In this document: piece by piece, positions 1-10,320 of the stretch
How the letters are laid out: the number at the start of each line of letters is the position of its first letter
Position numbering within the stretch: the stretch's first letter is position 1
NCBI GenBank assembly: GCA_035699665.1
Contig: DASSPJ010000044.1
Span: forward strand, 1-52,707
DNA from: Candidatus Limnocylindria bacterium
GTDB lineage: Bacteria > Chloroflexota > Limnocylindria > QHBO01
Direction: 5' to 3'
Length of the DNA: 52,707 bases
Translations under genes and position numbers: made by a program
The notes under the pieces: model-generated
The model's input: only the letters and a program-made list of their open reading frames with translations
Database searches by the model: none
Told to the model about the DNA's origin: nothing

Positions 1-1
1 C

Positions 2-244
2 GCGGTCGGCTACGCGACGCTCGGCCGCATCGGCTTCGAGGGGCGGCACGACTACGGCGCGATCGGCAACGTGGTGATCATGGCCTCGCGCCTCAGCAGC
101 AAGGCCGAGGCGAACCAGATCCTGCTCAGCCAGCGGGCGCACGCGATGGTCGAGGAGCTGGTCGAGGTCGAGCAGGTCGGCGAGCTCGAGCTCAAGGGCA
201 TGTCACGGCCGGTAGCGGCCGCCAACGTCGTCACCGCACGCTGA
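2..244 (+). CDS. class III adenylate/guanylate cyclase, C-terminal fragment (5' end lies outside the window)
   Basis: Frame 2 is open from the window edge to TGA at 242-244. The translation ...GRHDYGAIGNVVIMASRLSSKAEANQILLSQ...ELKGMSRPV... resembles the C-terminal half of a cyclase homology domain. Confidence 0.6.
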   Translation, partial: AVGYATLGRIGFEGRHDYGAIGNVVIMASRLSSKAEANQILLSQRAHAMVEELVEVEQVGELELKGMSRPVAAANVVTAR

Positions 245-625
245 ACGCGCAAACACCGCTCGCGCGAGGACATAGGGCGGCTGGTCAGGAGCCCACGTAC
301 TCAGTCGGTGGCGATCGGTGTATCACATAACATATCTTTGCGGAAGTCCTGTTCACGCCCCACCAGGCTGCATGCACTGAGATATGCGACCGTGCCGCGT
401 GGCGTTGCTGCCTGGACCGCCTGGACCGATCCGACGCGCGGTGACCGGCGGGCCGGCCGGTGCAGCGGAACTGCACGGCGCTCCAATGGTCGCGGCGGCC
501 ACGCGGGACCCTGGCGACGCGATCACAGGCGCCACCAGCGGCTCAGCCAGGAGCTGACTCCCCCACCTCGAACAGCCGTTCTATATGACGGGGACCTTCG
601 TACCGGCGCACGCGACACAATCCCC

Positions 626-916
626 ATGGCGCGCGCGGCGGAGTGCACCGAGGATGGCCGCATGCGCAACCTGTCTGGACTGGCACGCCTCGGCATCGCA
701 GGGCTCTCACTGGCCGCCGCCGCGGGTGGTGCCGGCCTGTTCGTTCCCGGCGAGGTCGGTGCGCTGCTGCGTGGCTATGGTGCCATGCTCGTCCCGGCCG
801 CCCTGTGGCTGCTTGCCGGCCTCGCCGTGCGGCAGGTCGCTGCGCGACGCGCACGACCCGCTCCGGCCGCCGCGCCACTCATGGTCTCAGCCCGGGACGG
901 CTCGCTTCGATCCTGA
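626..916 (+). CDS. hypothetical small membrane protein (start uncertain, alternative ATG at 662)
   Basis: C-terminal part of track ORF 308..916. It has two hydrophobic stretches (LARLGIAGLSLAAAAGGAGLF, AMLVPAALWLLAGLAV). Third-position GC is only moderately coding-like. No family recognised. Confidence 0.3.
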   Translation: MARAAECTEDGRMRNLSGLARLGIAGLSLAAAAGGAGLFVPGEVGALLRGYGAMLVPAALWLLAGLAVRQVAARRARPAPAAAPLMVSARDGSLRS

Positions 917-2206
917 GGCCGCGGACGACCGCGCCGCCGCCCCGAGCTCCGCGGCGATCGCTGCCGGCAGGTGCCCGGAGACCCTGATTCCACCCTCGGT
1001 GTACCGCTCGCTGACGTCGCCCGCTGTCCTGGCGCGCGCCACGAGCTCGCCGCGCTCGTAGGGGATCACCGCGTCCACCGCGACCATCCGGGCACGCAGG
1101 GCGTCGGCAACCTTGGCCAGCAGCGCGTCGGTGCCCTCGCCGGTCTCGGCGCTCACGAAGGCGACCGCGTCGTGGTCCGGCTGCACCGCATCGGTCCGCA
1201 GGTCGGCGTCGAGCAGGTCGACCTTGTTGAAGACGGCGATGCGCGGCGTGTCACCCGCTCCCAGCTCGTCGAGCACGGCCTGGACCGCCTCCTGCTGGCC
1301 CACGAAGTTCGGGTCCGCGGCGTCGACCACCTCCAGCAGCAGATCGGCCCGCACGACCTCCTCGAGGGTCGCGCGGAAGGCATCGACCAGGTGGTGCGGC
1401 AGCTTGTTGATGAAGCCCACCGTGTCGGACATGACGATGTGCTGGCCGGTCGGCAGGCTCACCCGGCGGCTGGTCGGGTCGAGCGTCGCGAAGAGCTTGT
1501 CGGCCGCGTAGACGTCGGATGCGGCGAGCCGGTTGAGGAGCGTGCTCTTGCCGGCGTTGGTATAGCCGACCAGGGCCACCGAGGCGACCTCCGAGTCGTC
1601 GCGACGCCGCGAGGCGGTGGCCCGCTGCCGGCTCACGTCGCGCAGCTCCCGCTTGAGCTTCTGGATCCGCTCCCCGATGAGCCTCCGGTCCGTCTCCAGC
1701 TGCGTCTCGCCGGGTCCGCCGCGCGTCCCGATCCCGCCGCGCGTCCGGGACAGGTGGGTCCACAGGCGCGTGAGGCGCGGGAGGTGGTACTCGAGGCCGG
1801 CCAGCTCGACCTGCAGGCGTCCCTCGCGGGTGCGCGCGCGCTGGGCGAAGATGTCGATGATCAGCGCTGATCGGTCGAGCACCTTGCAGTCGAGCAGCTT
1901 CTCGAGGTTGCGCTGCTGGTTCGGCGACAGCTCGTCGTCGACGATGAGCACGTTGAAGTCGCTCGCCGCCTTCTCGTCGACGAGCTCCGCCGCGCGCCCC
2001 TTGCCGAAGTACCACGCCGGGTCCGGCGACGGCCGGCGCTGAAAGGCGGTACCCACGACCGACGCGCCGGCCGTCTCGGCCAGCGCCTCCAGCTCGGCGA
2101 GGCTGCGGCGCACGGGCCAGCGCTCGTCGGAGGGGTCGTCGAGGCCGATCAGAAAGGCGCGCTCGTCACGTTCGGTGAGGTCGATGGTGCGGGCGCGATC
2201 GGACAT
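887..2206 (-). CDS. hflX: GTPase HflX
   Basis: Within ORF 887..2533. ATG at 2206 (MSDRARTIDL...) precedes a typical HflX N-domain (IFAQRARTREGRLQVELAGLEYHLPRL) and a G domain (GYTNAGKSTLLN, DTVGF, NKVD). Confidence 0.9.
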   Translation of the reverse strand: MSDRARTIDLTERDERAFLIGLDDPSDERWPVRRSLAELEALAETAGASVVGTAFQRRPSPDPAWYFGKGRAAELVDEKAASDFNVLIVDDELSPNQQRNLEKLLDCKVLDRSALIIDIFAQRARTREGRLQVELAGLEYHLPRLTRLWTHLSRTRGGIGTRGGPGETQLETDRRLIGERIQKLKRELRDVSRQRATASRRRDDSEVASVALVGYTNAGKSTLLNRLAASDVYAADKLFATLDPTSRRVSLPTGQHIVMSDTVGFINKLPHHLVDAFRATLEEVVRADLLLEVVDAADPNFVGQQEAVQAVLDELGAGDTPRIAVFNKVDLLDADLRTDAVQPDHDAVAFVSAETGEGTDALLAKVADALRARMVAVDAVIPYERGELVARARTAGDVSERYTEGGIRVSGHLPAAIAAELGAAARSSAASGSKRAVPG

Positions 2207-2315
2207 CTGTTCGGTCGATGGTAGCGCCGATCGGTACCTTTCGCCTACTGCGCTCCTCGCGCGCGACATGGCATACCTCTCGTACCACGCCGGGGGGACG
2301 CTGTCACAGGTGTCC

Positions 2316-3944
2316 ATGTCACCGCACGCCGAACGAAGGCAGGGGGCGCGACCGGACGGGCCATCGGCCCGCGTGACGACACGCGTGGCTGCGGCGGTGG
2401 GCGCGGCGGTCAGCGCGGGACTGGCCATCCAGGTCGCCGCCGGCATGCTGCTTCCCGGCCGCACGCTACCGACGGCCCTCATCGCGGTCGGCGGCGCTGT
2501 CGCGGTCGGGCTGCTGCTGGTGCACCGCGCCATCGCACCCCTCGAGCGCGATCGCGACGAGCTGCAGGTGGCCTACGAGGAAGCGGTCGCCGAGGCGCTG
2601 ATGGATCCCCTCACCAAGCTCGGCAACCATCGCGCCTTCCAGGAGGAGCTCGACCGCCAGACTGAGGCGGCGCAGCGGTACGGCGTGCCGCTGTCGCTGG
2701 TGCTCATCGACCTCGACGGCTTCAAGACGGTGAACGACACCCTCGGCCACGCCGCCGGCGACAAGGTGCTCGCCCGCTTCGGGCGCCTGCTCGAGCTGTC
2801 GGTGCGCCGCCCGGACCGATCGTTCCGGGTGGGGGGCGACGAGTTCGCCCTGCTCCTGCCGCACACCGATGCCGACGGCGCCTGGGTGCTCGCGCGCCGT
2901 CTGCTGTCGAACGCGCTCCAGCCGGTGCTGCGGGAGATGGGTGACGAGCCGATCTCGTTCTCCGCGGGGGTCTCGGCCATCCCCTCGCTCGCTCCCAACC
3001 GCGACCAGCTCTACCTCCAGGCCGATGGCGCCCTGTACGCCGCCAAGCGGGCCGGCCGCACCGAGGTTTTGCGCTACGAGCCGAGCGCGGCGACGGCGCC
3101 GAGCCTGCCGGCCGAGCAGACCGGCGCCATCTGGGAGGTGGCCACCAGGCGCCTCCTGCGCCCGGTCTACCAGCCCATCGTCGAGCTGGCCGATGCAGCC
3201 GTCCTCGGCTACGAGGGGCTCATCCGGCCGGCCGAGGGGACCCCCTTCACCGGCCCTGGCGACCTCTTCGCCGCGGCCGAGGCGACCGGGCACGTCGTCG
3301 ATCTCGACCTCGCCTGCCTGGACGTCATCATCGGCGGGGCCACGGGCCTCCCCGCGCCGCAGTTCCTCAGCGTCAACCTGTCAGCCCAGACGCTCGAGGC
3401 CCCGGAGTTCGGCACCGCCTCGCTGCTGGCCATCCTGCAGCGCCACGGGATGCCGCCGGACCGGATCGTGATCGAGCTCACCGAGCACCGCCCGCTGCGC
3501 GACCCGGAGTCGGCACGGGTCAAGTTCGAGGCGTTTCGCCGGCTCGGCATCCGCTTCGCCGCCGACGACCTGGGCGCCGGCAATGCGGGCCTGCGGCTCC
3601 TCGCCCAGGTGCGCTTCGACGTCCTCAAGGTCGACCTGAGCCTCGTCCAGCGCAGCGGACCCGGCGCGCCGTCGAATGCGGTCATCGGGTCGGTGGTCGG
3701 CCTGGCCACCCAGACCGAGGCGCTCGTCATCGCCGAGGGCCTCGAGCACGAGTCCCAGGTGTCGCAGGTCGCGACGCTCGGCGTGCGCGCCGGGCAGGGC
3801 TACCTGCTCGGCCGTCCGGGCCCGCTGCCCGAGTTCGCTCGCCCGCGGCAGGTCGGCGTCGTCCCGATGCCGACCCTGCTTCCCGACGACCTTGCCGGGG
3901 GCGCCGCCTGGCGCCGGTCGATCGGCCTGTCAGCCAACGCCTGA
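2316..3944 (+). CDS. membrane-anchored GGDEF/EAL protein (diguanylate cyclase/phosphodiesterase)
   Basis: ORF 2175..3944. The part upstream of 2207 is antisense to hflX, so the start is ATG 2316 or 2268. Two predicted TM segments. GGDEF motif intact (RVGGDEFALLL). EAL domain present (YEGLIRP, DDLGAGNAGL, KVDLSLV, EGLEHESQ). Confidence 0.85.
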   Translation: MSPHAERRQGARPDGPSARVTTRVAAAVGAAVSAGLAIQVAAGMLLPGRTLPTALIAVGGAVAVGLLLVHRAIAPLERDRDELQVAYEEAVAEALMDPLTKLGNHRAFQEELDRQTEAAQRYGVPLSLVLIDLDGFKTVNDTLGHAAGDKVLARFGRLLELSVRRPDRSFRVGGDEFALLLPHTDADGAWVLARRLLSNALQPVLREMGDEPISFSAGVSAIPSLAPNRDQLYLQADGALYAAKRAGRTEVLRYEPSAATAPSLPAEQTGAIWEVATRRLLRPVYQPIVELADAAVLGYEGLIRPAEGTPFTGPGDLFAAAEATGHVVDLDLACLDVIIGGATGLPAPQFLSVNLSAQTLEAPEFGTASLLAILQRHGMPPDRIVIELTEHRPLRDPESARVKFEAFRRLGIRFAADDLGAGNAGLRLLAQVRFDVLKVDLSLVQRSGPGAPSNAVIGSVVGLATQTEALVIAEGLEHESQVSQVATLGVRAGQGYLLGRPGPLPEFARPRQVGVVPMPTLLPDDLAGGAAWRRSIGLSANA

Positions 3945-4871
3945 GCTCAGCTCCGCCGCGACGGCCAGCGCGGCGGTCACCAGCTCCGGCGCATCCGCCG
4001 GCCCGTCACCGGCGTCGAGCCACCTGATCCGGGCGTCGCGACGGAACCAGGTCAGCTGGCGCTTCGCGTACTGGCGGGTGTGCAGCGCCGTCACGCGGAT
4101 CGCCTCCTCCAGCGTCCACTCCCCCGCCAGGTGGCGTGCCGCCTCTCGATAGCCGTGCCCGGTCATCGGCTCGAGCCACGGCCCATAGCCAGCGTCCCGC
4201 AGATCACGGACCTCGTCGAGCAGGCCGCCGGTGAACATCGCGTGCGCCCGCGCCTCGATGCGCGCCACGAGCGCCGCCCGCGGCCGCGCGAGGCCGATCA
4301 GGCGCACGGGGCCGGCGTACGCCTCGGCGCGCGGCGGCCCCCCGACCGAGCCGGCCTCGGCCCGCTCGAGGGCGCGCAGCACCCGCCGCGGGTTGCGACG
4401 GTCGATGCGGGCCGCGGCGGCGGGGTCGAGCCGCGTGAGGCGCGCCACCAGCGGCGCGAGGCCGCGCTCCCCCAGCTCGGCGGCCAGCGACGCCCGGCGC
4501 GCCGGGTCGTGGCCCTGCGCGGCAAGGTCGTACCCGTCGACAAGGGCCGAGATGTACAGGCCGGTGCCACCGACGACGAGCGGGAGCCGGCCCCGCTCCC
4601 CCACCTCGCGCACAGCGGCTCGCGCGGCGGTCAGCCAGTCGGCCAAACTGAACGGCGCATCCGGCGGCACGAGGTCGAGAAGGTGGTGCGGAACGGCGGC
4701 CCGCGCCGCGGCGGAGGGCTTGGCCGTGCCGATGTCCATGCCGCGGTAGACCTGGCGCGAGTCGGCGACCAGGATCTCCACCGGCAGGAAGCGCGCGAGC
4801 GCGAGGGCGAGATCGGTCTTGCCGGAGGCGGTGGGACCGACGACGGCGAGCAGCGGCGGCGCGGGCCGCAT
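3930..4871 (-). CDS. miaA: tRNA dimethylallyltransferase
   Basis: N-terminal P-loop GPTASGKT followed by DSRQVYRGMDIGTAKP, the characteristic MiaA signature. Full-length 313-aa ORF. Confidence 0.9.
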   Translation of the reverse strand: MRPAPPLLAVVGPTASGKTDLALALARFLPVEILVADSRQVYRGMDIGTAKPSAAARAAVPHHLLDLVPPDAPFSLADWLTAARAAVREVGERGRLPLVVGGTGLYISALVDGYDLAAQGHDPARRASLAAELGERGLAPLVARLTRLDPAAAARIDRRNPRRVLRALERAEAGSVGGPPRAEAYAGPVRLIGLARPRAALVARIEARAHAMFTGGLLDEVRDLRDAGYGPWLEPMTGHGYREAARHLAGEWTLEEAIRVTALHTRQYAKRQLTWFRRDARIRWLDAGDGPADAPELVTAALAVAAELSSGVG

Positions 4872-4877
4872 CGGCCT

Positions 4878-5690
4878 CTAGTCGACCTCGACGAGGCGCT
4901 GGACCTGCGTGATGCCGCGCGCCCGTCCCGTGGCGCGATCGGCCTCGATGACCACCCCGTTGAGGCTCACCGGACCGCTGCCGACCTGGAAGCGGGTCGG
5001 CAGGTGCTGCGTGAAGCGCGGGATCACGGTCGTGATGTCGAACCCGATGATCGAGTCGCGCGGGCCGGTCATCCCCAGGTCGCTGATGTAGGCGGTGCCC
5101 TTGGGCAGCAGGCGGGCGTCGGCGGTCGGGACGTGGGTGTGCGTGCCCACCACGCCGGTCACCCGACCGTCGAGGTACCAGCCCATGGCGTTCTTCTCGG
5201 ACGTGATCTCGCAGTGGAAGTCGACCAGGCGGACCGGCGGCAGCGGCTCGGCGGCCTCGTCGAGCAGGGTGTCCATGGCCGCGAACGGCGAGTCGAGCTG
5301 GTTCATGAAGACGCGCCCCATGACGTTGACGACCGCCACCTCGGTGCCGTCGGCGGCGTGCGCGACCAGCCAGCCACGACCCGGCGCGTCGTGCGGGTAG
5401 TTCAGCGGCCGCAGGACCGGCCGGTCACCGTCGAGGTAGTCGTAGATCTCACGCTTGTCCCAGATGTGGTTGCCGCTGGTGATGACGTCGATCCCCGACC
5501 GCAGCAGCTCCTCGGCGAGCGACGGCGTGAGCCCCATCCCGGCGGCCACGTTCTCGCCGTTGGCGACCACGAGATCGATCTCCAGCTCGGTGCGCAGGTC
5601 GGGCAGCGCGTGGGCGATCGCCTGGCGCCCCGGCTTGCCGATGATGTCGCCGATGAGCAGGACGCGGAGGCCGCGGCGGGCTGCCGTCAC
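4878..5690 (-). CDS. ymdB: YmdB-type metallophosphoesterase (2',3'-cyclic-nucleotide phosphodiesterase family)
   Basis: [12 protein letters not shown]...[13 protein letters not shown]...SGNHIWDK motifs. GTG start overlaps the rny stop (GTGA at 5687-5690). The rny-ymdB pairing is conserved. Confidence 0.85.
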   Translation of the reverse strand: MTAARRGLRVLLIGDIIGKPGRQAIAHALPDLRTELEIDLVVANGENVAAGMGLTPSLAEELLRSGIDVITSGNHIWDKREIYDYLDGDRPVLRPLNYPHDAPGRGWLVAHAADGTEVAVVNVMGRVFMNQLDSPFAAMDTLLDEAAEPLPPVRLVDFHCEITSEKNAMGWYLDGRVTGVVGTHTHVPTADARLLPKGTAYISDLGMTGPRDSIIGFDITTVIPRFTQHLPTRFQVGSGPVSLNGVVIEADRATGRARGITQVQRLVEVD

Positions 5691-7216
5691 CTGGCGTAGT
5701 CGACGGCGCGCGTCTCGCGGATGACGGTCACCTTGATCTGGCCCGGGTACTGGAGCTGCTCCTCGATGCGCTTGACGACGTCGCGCGCCAGGCGGCTAGA
5801 GGCGAGGTCGTCGATATCCTCGGGGCGCACCAGGATGCGGATCTCGCGTCCCGCCTGGATGGCGAAGCAGCGCTCGACGCCGGGGAAGCTGAGCGCGATC
5901 TGCTGCAGGTCGTCGAGGCGCTTGACGTAGTTGTCGAGGCTCTCGCCGCGCGCGCCGGGGCGCGACGCGCTGATGGCATCGGCGATCTGGACCACGGTCG
6001 CCTCGGTCGTCTCCTGCTCCACCTCCTGGTGATGCGCGGCGATCGCGTTGCAGACCGAGGCGTTGACCCCCAGCTTGCTGGCGATGTCGGCACCGATGGC
6101 GGCATGCGGCCCCTCGACCTCGTGGTCGACCGCCTTGCCGATGTCGTGCAACAGGCCACCCTTCTTGCTGTCGGCCACGTTCGCGCCGATCTCGGCCGCC
6201 AGGAGGCCCGCCAGGCGCGCCGTCTCGATGCAATGCTGGAGCACGTTCTGGCCGTAGCTGGTGCGGTACTTCAGGCGTCCGAGCAGCTTGATGAGCTCCG
6301 GATGGAGCCCGGGCACCCCCGCGTCGTACGCGGCCTGCTCACCGGCCTGGCGCATGACGACCTCGATCTCGGCGCGGCACTTGGCCACCGTCTCCTCGAT
6401 GCGTCCAGGGTGAATCCGGCCGTCGCTGATCAGCTTGGTGAGGGTCATGCGTGCCACCTCGCGGCGCACCGGGTCGAACCCGGACAGCACCACCGCCTCC
6501 GGCGTGTCGTCGATGATCAGGTCGACCCCCGTCGCCTGCTCCAGCGCCCGGATGTTGCGCCCCTCGCGGCCGATGATGCGCCCCTTCATCTCCTCGTTGG
6601 GCAGCTGCACGACGGTCACCGTGGCCTCCGAGGTGTGCTCCGCGGCGATGCGCTGCATGATGGTCGTCAGCACCCGTCGCGCCCGCTCCTCCCCCGCCTC
6701 GACCGCGTGGCGCTCGATCTCACGGACGCGCTGCAGGGCGTCGGCCTGCGCCTCGTCGACGATCTTCCCGATGAGCGCCTCGCGAGCCTCGGCCACGGAC
6801 AGGCCGCCAACCCGCTCGAGCTCGGCCAGCTGCCGCGCCTGGAGCTCGGTGAGCCGCTGGCGCTCCCCGTCGATCTCGCGTTGGCGCGTCTCGAGCACCT
6901 CCTCGCGGCGCTCGAGCGACTCGACCTTGCGATCGAAGGCCTCTGCCCGGTCGAGCAGCAGTCGCTCCTGCCGCTGGAGGTCGGCGCGCTTCTCGCGGGC
7001 CTCCTCCTCAGCTGCTCGCTGCGCCTGGAGGGCCTCGTCCTTCCCCTCGAGGACGATCTCCTTCTGCTTGGCCCGCGCCTCGGCGATGATGCGCGCGGTG
7101 TACGCCTCGGCGTGCTTGAGCGCGCTCGAGGCCATGGCCTGCCGGGCGATGTACCCGATCACCGCGCCGGCGAGCAGCGCGACGCCGGCCACGGCGGCGA
7201 CGACCAGTTCAGACAT
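5687..7216 (-). CDS. rny: ribonuclease Y
   Basis: ATG at 7216 ([11 protein letters not shown]..., N-terminal TM helix) preceded by GGGAGGGAG. Coiled-coil region, KH domain ([15 protein letters not shown]) and HD domain ([12 protein letters not shown]). Confidence 0.9.
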   Translation of the reverse strand: MSELVVAAVAGVALLAGAVIGYIARQAMASSALKHAEAYTARIIAEARAKQKEIVLEGKDEALQAQRAAEEEAREKRADLQRQERLLLDRAEAFDRKVESLERREEVLETRQREIDGERQRLTELQARQLAELERVGGLSVAEAREALIGKIVDEAQADALQRVREIERHAVEAGEERARRVLTTIMQRIAAEHTSEATVTVVQLPNEEMKGRIIGREGRNIRALEQATGVDLIIDDTPEAVVLSGFDPVRREVARMTLTKLISDGRIHPGRIEETVAKCRAEIEVVMRQAGEQAAYDAGVPGLHPELIKLLGRLKYRTSYGQNVLQHCIETARLAGLLAAEIGANVADSKKGGLLHDIGKAVDHEVEGPHAAIGADIASKLGVNASVCNAIAAHHQEVEQETTEATVVQIADAISASRPGARGESLDNYVKRLDDLQQIALSFPGVERCFAIQAGREIRILVRPEDIDDLASSRLARDVVKRIEEQLQYPGQIKVTVIRETRAVDYAR

Positions 7217-7380
7217 CGGCTCCCTCCCACTCGATGGAGCCCCGGATGGGCATGTGTTGTGGCGCCCGACGGGCGCGTGTGCTGTCGGCTCAGATCTCGG
7301 ACGGGGCGACATGCGCCCCGAAGGGGCGAGTGTACCGCAGATCAGAGATGACGCCGGATGGGCGTCGCTGGCACGGCCGC

Positions 7381-8337
7381 TCAGCCGCCGAACATGCGCC
7401 CCAGCGTGGCGACCATGTCGAGGTCACGCGGCAGGAAGTCCTGCAGCATGATGCGCTGGACCCCCGCTGCGGCGAGCTCGTCGATCTGCGCCCGCGCCTC
7501 GTCCGGGGTGCCCATGATCCAGCGCCGGCGGCGCTCGGCGAGCCATGCGTCGGCATCGGCCCCGTCGCGCTCGCCGGTGAACGCCAGCTGATCGTGCACC
7601 CGGGCGTCGAGGTCGGCGGCGGTGTCGGCGACCAGGACGCCGGTCATCGCCGAGTAGGTCAACTCGCCGGGGTCGCGGCCGATCGCCTCGCACGCGGCCC
7701 GCACGCGGGCGTAGGCGCGGCGGACCCGGCCGGGAGTCGCGGAGACGATGTTCACCTCGTCCGCGTAGCGCGCCGCGAGCGCGCTGAAGCGCGGGCCGCC
7801 CTCGCCGCCCAGGATGATGGGCGGGTGTCGGCGGTCGCCCCGTGCCGGTCGCGGGCGGTAGCGGGCATCGCGCACCTGCCAGTGCGCCCCGTCGTACGCC
7901 CAGCCGTCCGGTTCAGTCCACAGGCCGTGCACGATGGCGAGCGCCTCCTCGAGCATGTCGTAGCGTTCGCGCAGCGGCGGGAACGGGATCCCGTGCGCGG
8001 CGTGCTCCTCCGCGTGCCATCCGGCGCCCATCCCGAGCTCCACCCGACCGCCGCTCATCTCGTCGACCGTGGCGACCGTCTTGGCGAGAGTTCCGGGGAG
8101 GCGGAACGTGACCGGGCTGACGAGCACGCCGAGCCCGATGCGCTCCGTCTCACGGGCCAGCCCGGCCAGCGTGGCCCAGGCATCGGTCGTCGGGCGTCCC
8201 TCGGGGCCGGGAAACGAGTGGTAGTGGTCGGAACGGAAGAAGGCCTCCAGTCCGGCCGCCTCCACGGCGTGGGCCAGGGCGAGGATCTCGTCGTAGCTGA
8301 GCCCCTGCTGGGGCTCGGTCATCAGGACGTGGCGCAT
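7381..8337 (-). CDS. luciferase-like (LLM class) F420-dependent oxidoreductase
   Basis: 318-aa ORF with an LLM-family layout ([31 protein letters not shown], ...). Resembles the TIGR03560-type F420-dependent group. Substrate unknown. Confidence 0.7.
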   Translation of the reverse strand: MRHVLMTEPQQGLSYDEILALAHAVEAAGLEAFFRSDHYHSFPGPEGRPTTDAWATLAGLARETERIGLGVLVSPVTFRLPGTLAKTVATVDEMSGGRVELGMGAGWHAEEHAAHGIPFPPLRERYDMLEEALAIVHGLWTEPDGWAYDGAHWQVRDARYRPRPARGDRRHPPIILGGEGGPRFSALAARYADEVNIVSATPGRVRRAYARVRAACEAIGRDPGELTYSAMTGVLVADTAADLDARVHDQLAFTGERDGADADAWLAERRRRWIMGTPDEARAQIDELAAAGVQRIMLQDFLPRDLDMVATLGRMFGG

Positions 8338-8388
8338 GCCCGGAAGCCTAGACGCTCAGCGCGCCTGACCGCGGACACTCCGACCCGT

Positions 8389-8979
8389 CTACTCGGCCTC
8401 GCCCGATGGCTCGGCCACCCCAGCGTCGGACTCATCGGCGCCGCGCTCACGGATGATCGCCCGGGCCGTCGCCGGGTCGAAGCCGCGCCGCACCAGGAAC
8501 ATGCCGAGCCGTTCGAGCCCGCGGCGATCGGTGGGCAGCGGCCGGCCGCGGAGGTGCGCCTCGAGCGCGGCTCGCGCCCGCTCCTCCTCCGTGCTGGGCG
8601 CGCTGGCCGCTTCGGGAGGCCGCTCCGGCGCCTCGTCGCGCAGGGCCTCGATCACCTCGCGCGGGACACCCTTGCCGCGCAGCTCCGCCTCCAGCATGCG
8701 CCGGCCACGGGGCCGGTGGCGGTCCCGCTGGTCGCGCCACCAGCGCGCGAAGGCGACATCGTCGACCAGGCCGAGCTCCGCCAGCCGCCGCAGCACGTCG
8801 TCCGCGGTGGCGGGATCGGCTCCGGCACGCTCCAGGCGGCGCCGCACCTCCCAGGCGCTGCGCGGCCGGGTCGCCAGAAAGCGTGCGGCGACGTCCAGCG
8901 CCAGGGTCGGGCCGAGCGGCTCGGCCACGGGTCGGGTGCGCCGCCCGGGTGCGCGTGCCGTCGGGCCGCGGTCGGTCAC
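8389..8979 (-). CDS. recX: recombination regulator RecX
   Basis: In ORF 8389..9135. GTG at 8979 overlaps the recA stop (GTGA). Repeated RecX helical modules ([54 protein letters not shown]). Confidence 0.8.
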   Translation of the reverse strand: MTDRGPTARAPGRRTRPVAEPLGPTLALDVAARFLATRPRSAWEVRRRLERAGADPATADDVLRRLAELGLVDDVAFARWWRDQRDRHRPRGRRMLEAELRGKGVPREVIEALRDEAPERPPEAASAPSTEEERARAALEAHLRGRPLPTDRRGLERLGMFLVRRGFDPATARAIIRERGADESDAGVAEPSGEAE

Positions 8980-10043
8980 TCGGCTTCGGCGATGCCCTCG
9001 ACCCCGACCTCGATGCTCGCCACCTTGCCGCGGATCTCGTCCTCGATCTGCTGCGCCGTCTCGGGGTTGCTGCGCAGGAACTCGCGCGCGTTCTCGCGCC
9101 CCTGGCCGAGGCGCGTGTCGCCGTAGTTGAACCACGCCCCGGTCTTCGACAGGATCCCCGCCGCGATGCCGACGTCGAGGAGGCCGCCCTCACGGCTGAT
9201 CCCCTCGTTGTACATGATGTCGAACTCCGCGACCCGGAATGGGCTGGCGACCTTGTTCTTGACCACCTTGACGCGCGTCCGCGAGCCGATGGCATCGGTG
9301 CCGGTCTTGAGCGTCTCGATGCGGCGGATGTCCATCCGCACGCTCGAGTAGAACTTCAGCGCGCGGCCGCCGGGCGTCGTCTCGGGGTTGCCGAACATGA
9401 CGCCGATCTTCTCGCGCAGCTGGTTGGTGAAGACGAGCGCCGTCTTCGACCGATTCACCGCGCCGGTCAGCTTGCGCAGGGCCTGGCTCATGAGCCGCGC
9501 CTGGAGCCCGACGAAGCTGTCCCCCATCTCGCCCTCGATCTCGGCGCGGGGCACGAGCGCGGCAACCGAGTCGACGACCACCACGTCGACGCCGCCGGAG
9601 CGGATCAGGGTCTCGGCGATCTCGAGCGCCTGCTCGCCGGTGTCCGGCTGGCTGACGAGCAGCTCGTCGACGTTGACGCCGACGTTCTTGGCGTAGCCGG
9701 GGTCGAGCGCGTGCTCGGCGTCGATGAAGGCGGCGACCCCGCCGTTGGCCTGCGCGTTGCCGATGACGTGGTAGCAGAGCGTGGTCTTGCCGCTCGACTC
9801 GGGGCCGTAGATCTCGGTGATCCGGCCGCGCGGCACGCCCCCCACGCCGAGCGCCAGGTCGAGCGCCACCGAGCCGGTGGAGATCGCCTCCACGTTCTGC
9901 GCGGCGCGATCGCCGAGGCGCATGATCGCGCCGCGGCCGAACTGCTTCTCGATCTGCAGGATCGCGGCGTCGACGGCGCGACCGCGCTCACCGTTCTGCT
10001 GGGCCGGGGTGGGGGCCTGGGCGGCTGCCGCCGGGGCGTCCAT
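8976..10043 (-). CDS. recA: recombinase RecA
   Basis: [18 protein letters not shown], Walker [19 protein letters not shown] and the rest of the RecA core. ATG 10043 is preceded by GGAAGGAG. The track start at 10067 is a GTG with no SD, so the start is uncertain by 24 nt. Confidence 0.95.
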   Translation of the reverse strand: MDAPAAAAQAPTPAQQNGERGRAVDAAILQIEKQFGRGAIMRLGDRAAQNVEAISTGSVALDLALGVGGVPRGRITEIYGPESSGKTTLCYHVIGNAQANGGVAAFIDAEHALDPGYAKNVGVNVDELLVSQPDTGEQALEIAETLIRSGGVDVVVVDSVAALVPRAEIEGEMGDSFVGLQARLMSQALRKLTGAVNRSKTALVFTNQLREKIGVMFGNPETTPGGRALKFYSSVRMDIRRIETLKTGTDAIGSRTRVKVVKNKVASPFRVAEFDIMYNEGISREGGLLDVGIAAGILSKTGAWFNYGDTRLGQGRENAREFLRSNPETAQQIEDEIRGKVASIEVGVEGIAEAE

Positions 10044-10086
10044 GGGTCTGCGGGCTCCTTCCATCACTGCGCCGGCGGCGAGGGGT

Positions 10087-10254
10087 TCACTCCTCGACGC
10101 CCGGCTCCTCGCTGCGCGGCTTGCGCCTGGGCTTGATCACCTCGACCGACGCCGGCGGCTCGTAGGCCGGAGGTGCCGGGGGCTGCTGCTTCGCCTTCAC
10201 GCCACCCTTGGGCTTGCGCTTCTCCTGGTGGCGAGGACGATCTCGACTCCCCAT
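10087..10254 (-). CDS. hypothetical small basic protein (55 aa)
   Basis: Not in the ORF track (under 60 aa). Translation [58 protein letters not shown] at 10254 has GGAGG 9 nt upstream. Third-position GC is clearly higher than in the overlapping 68-aa track ORF. Confidence 0.4.
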   Translation of the reverse strand: MGSRDRPRHQEKRKPKGGVKAKQQPPAPPAYEPPASVEVIKPRRKPRSEEPGVEE

Positions 10255-10320
10255 CGGGTCGAACCTCCATCTTGCTGTGGTGGCCGGCCGAGGCGTGCCC
10301 GCATCCTGCCCCGGGGTTCG

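Noticed and set aside
7261-7328. Two short GC hairpins (GCGCCC-GAC-GGGCGC and CGCCCC-GAA-GGGGCG) between the LLM gene and rny
   Set aside because: The stems are only 6 bp with 3-nt loops and no U-tract on either strand. That is not enough to call a terminator. They may belong to the rny leader.
4080-9126. Long plus-strand ORFs 4080..5699, 6029..7351 and 7234..9126
   Set aside because: They are antisense to miaA/ymdB, rny and LLM/recX, all of which have strong family signatures on the minus strand.
10064-10270. 68-aa track ORF upstream of recA
   Set aside because: It has poor third-position GC, and its ATG lies inside the GGAGG that serves the alternative 55-codon frame (10087..10254). The alternative frame was reported instead, at low confidence.
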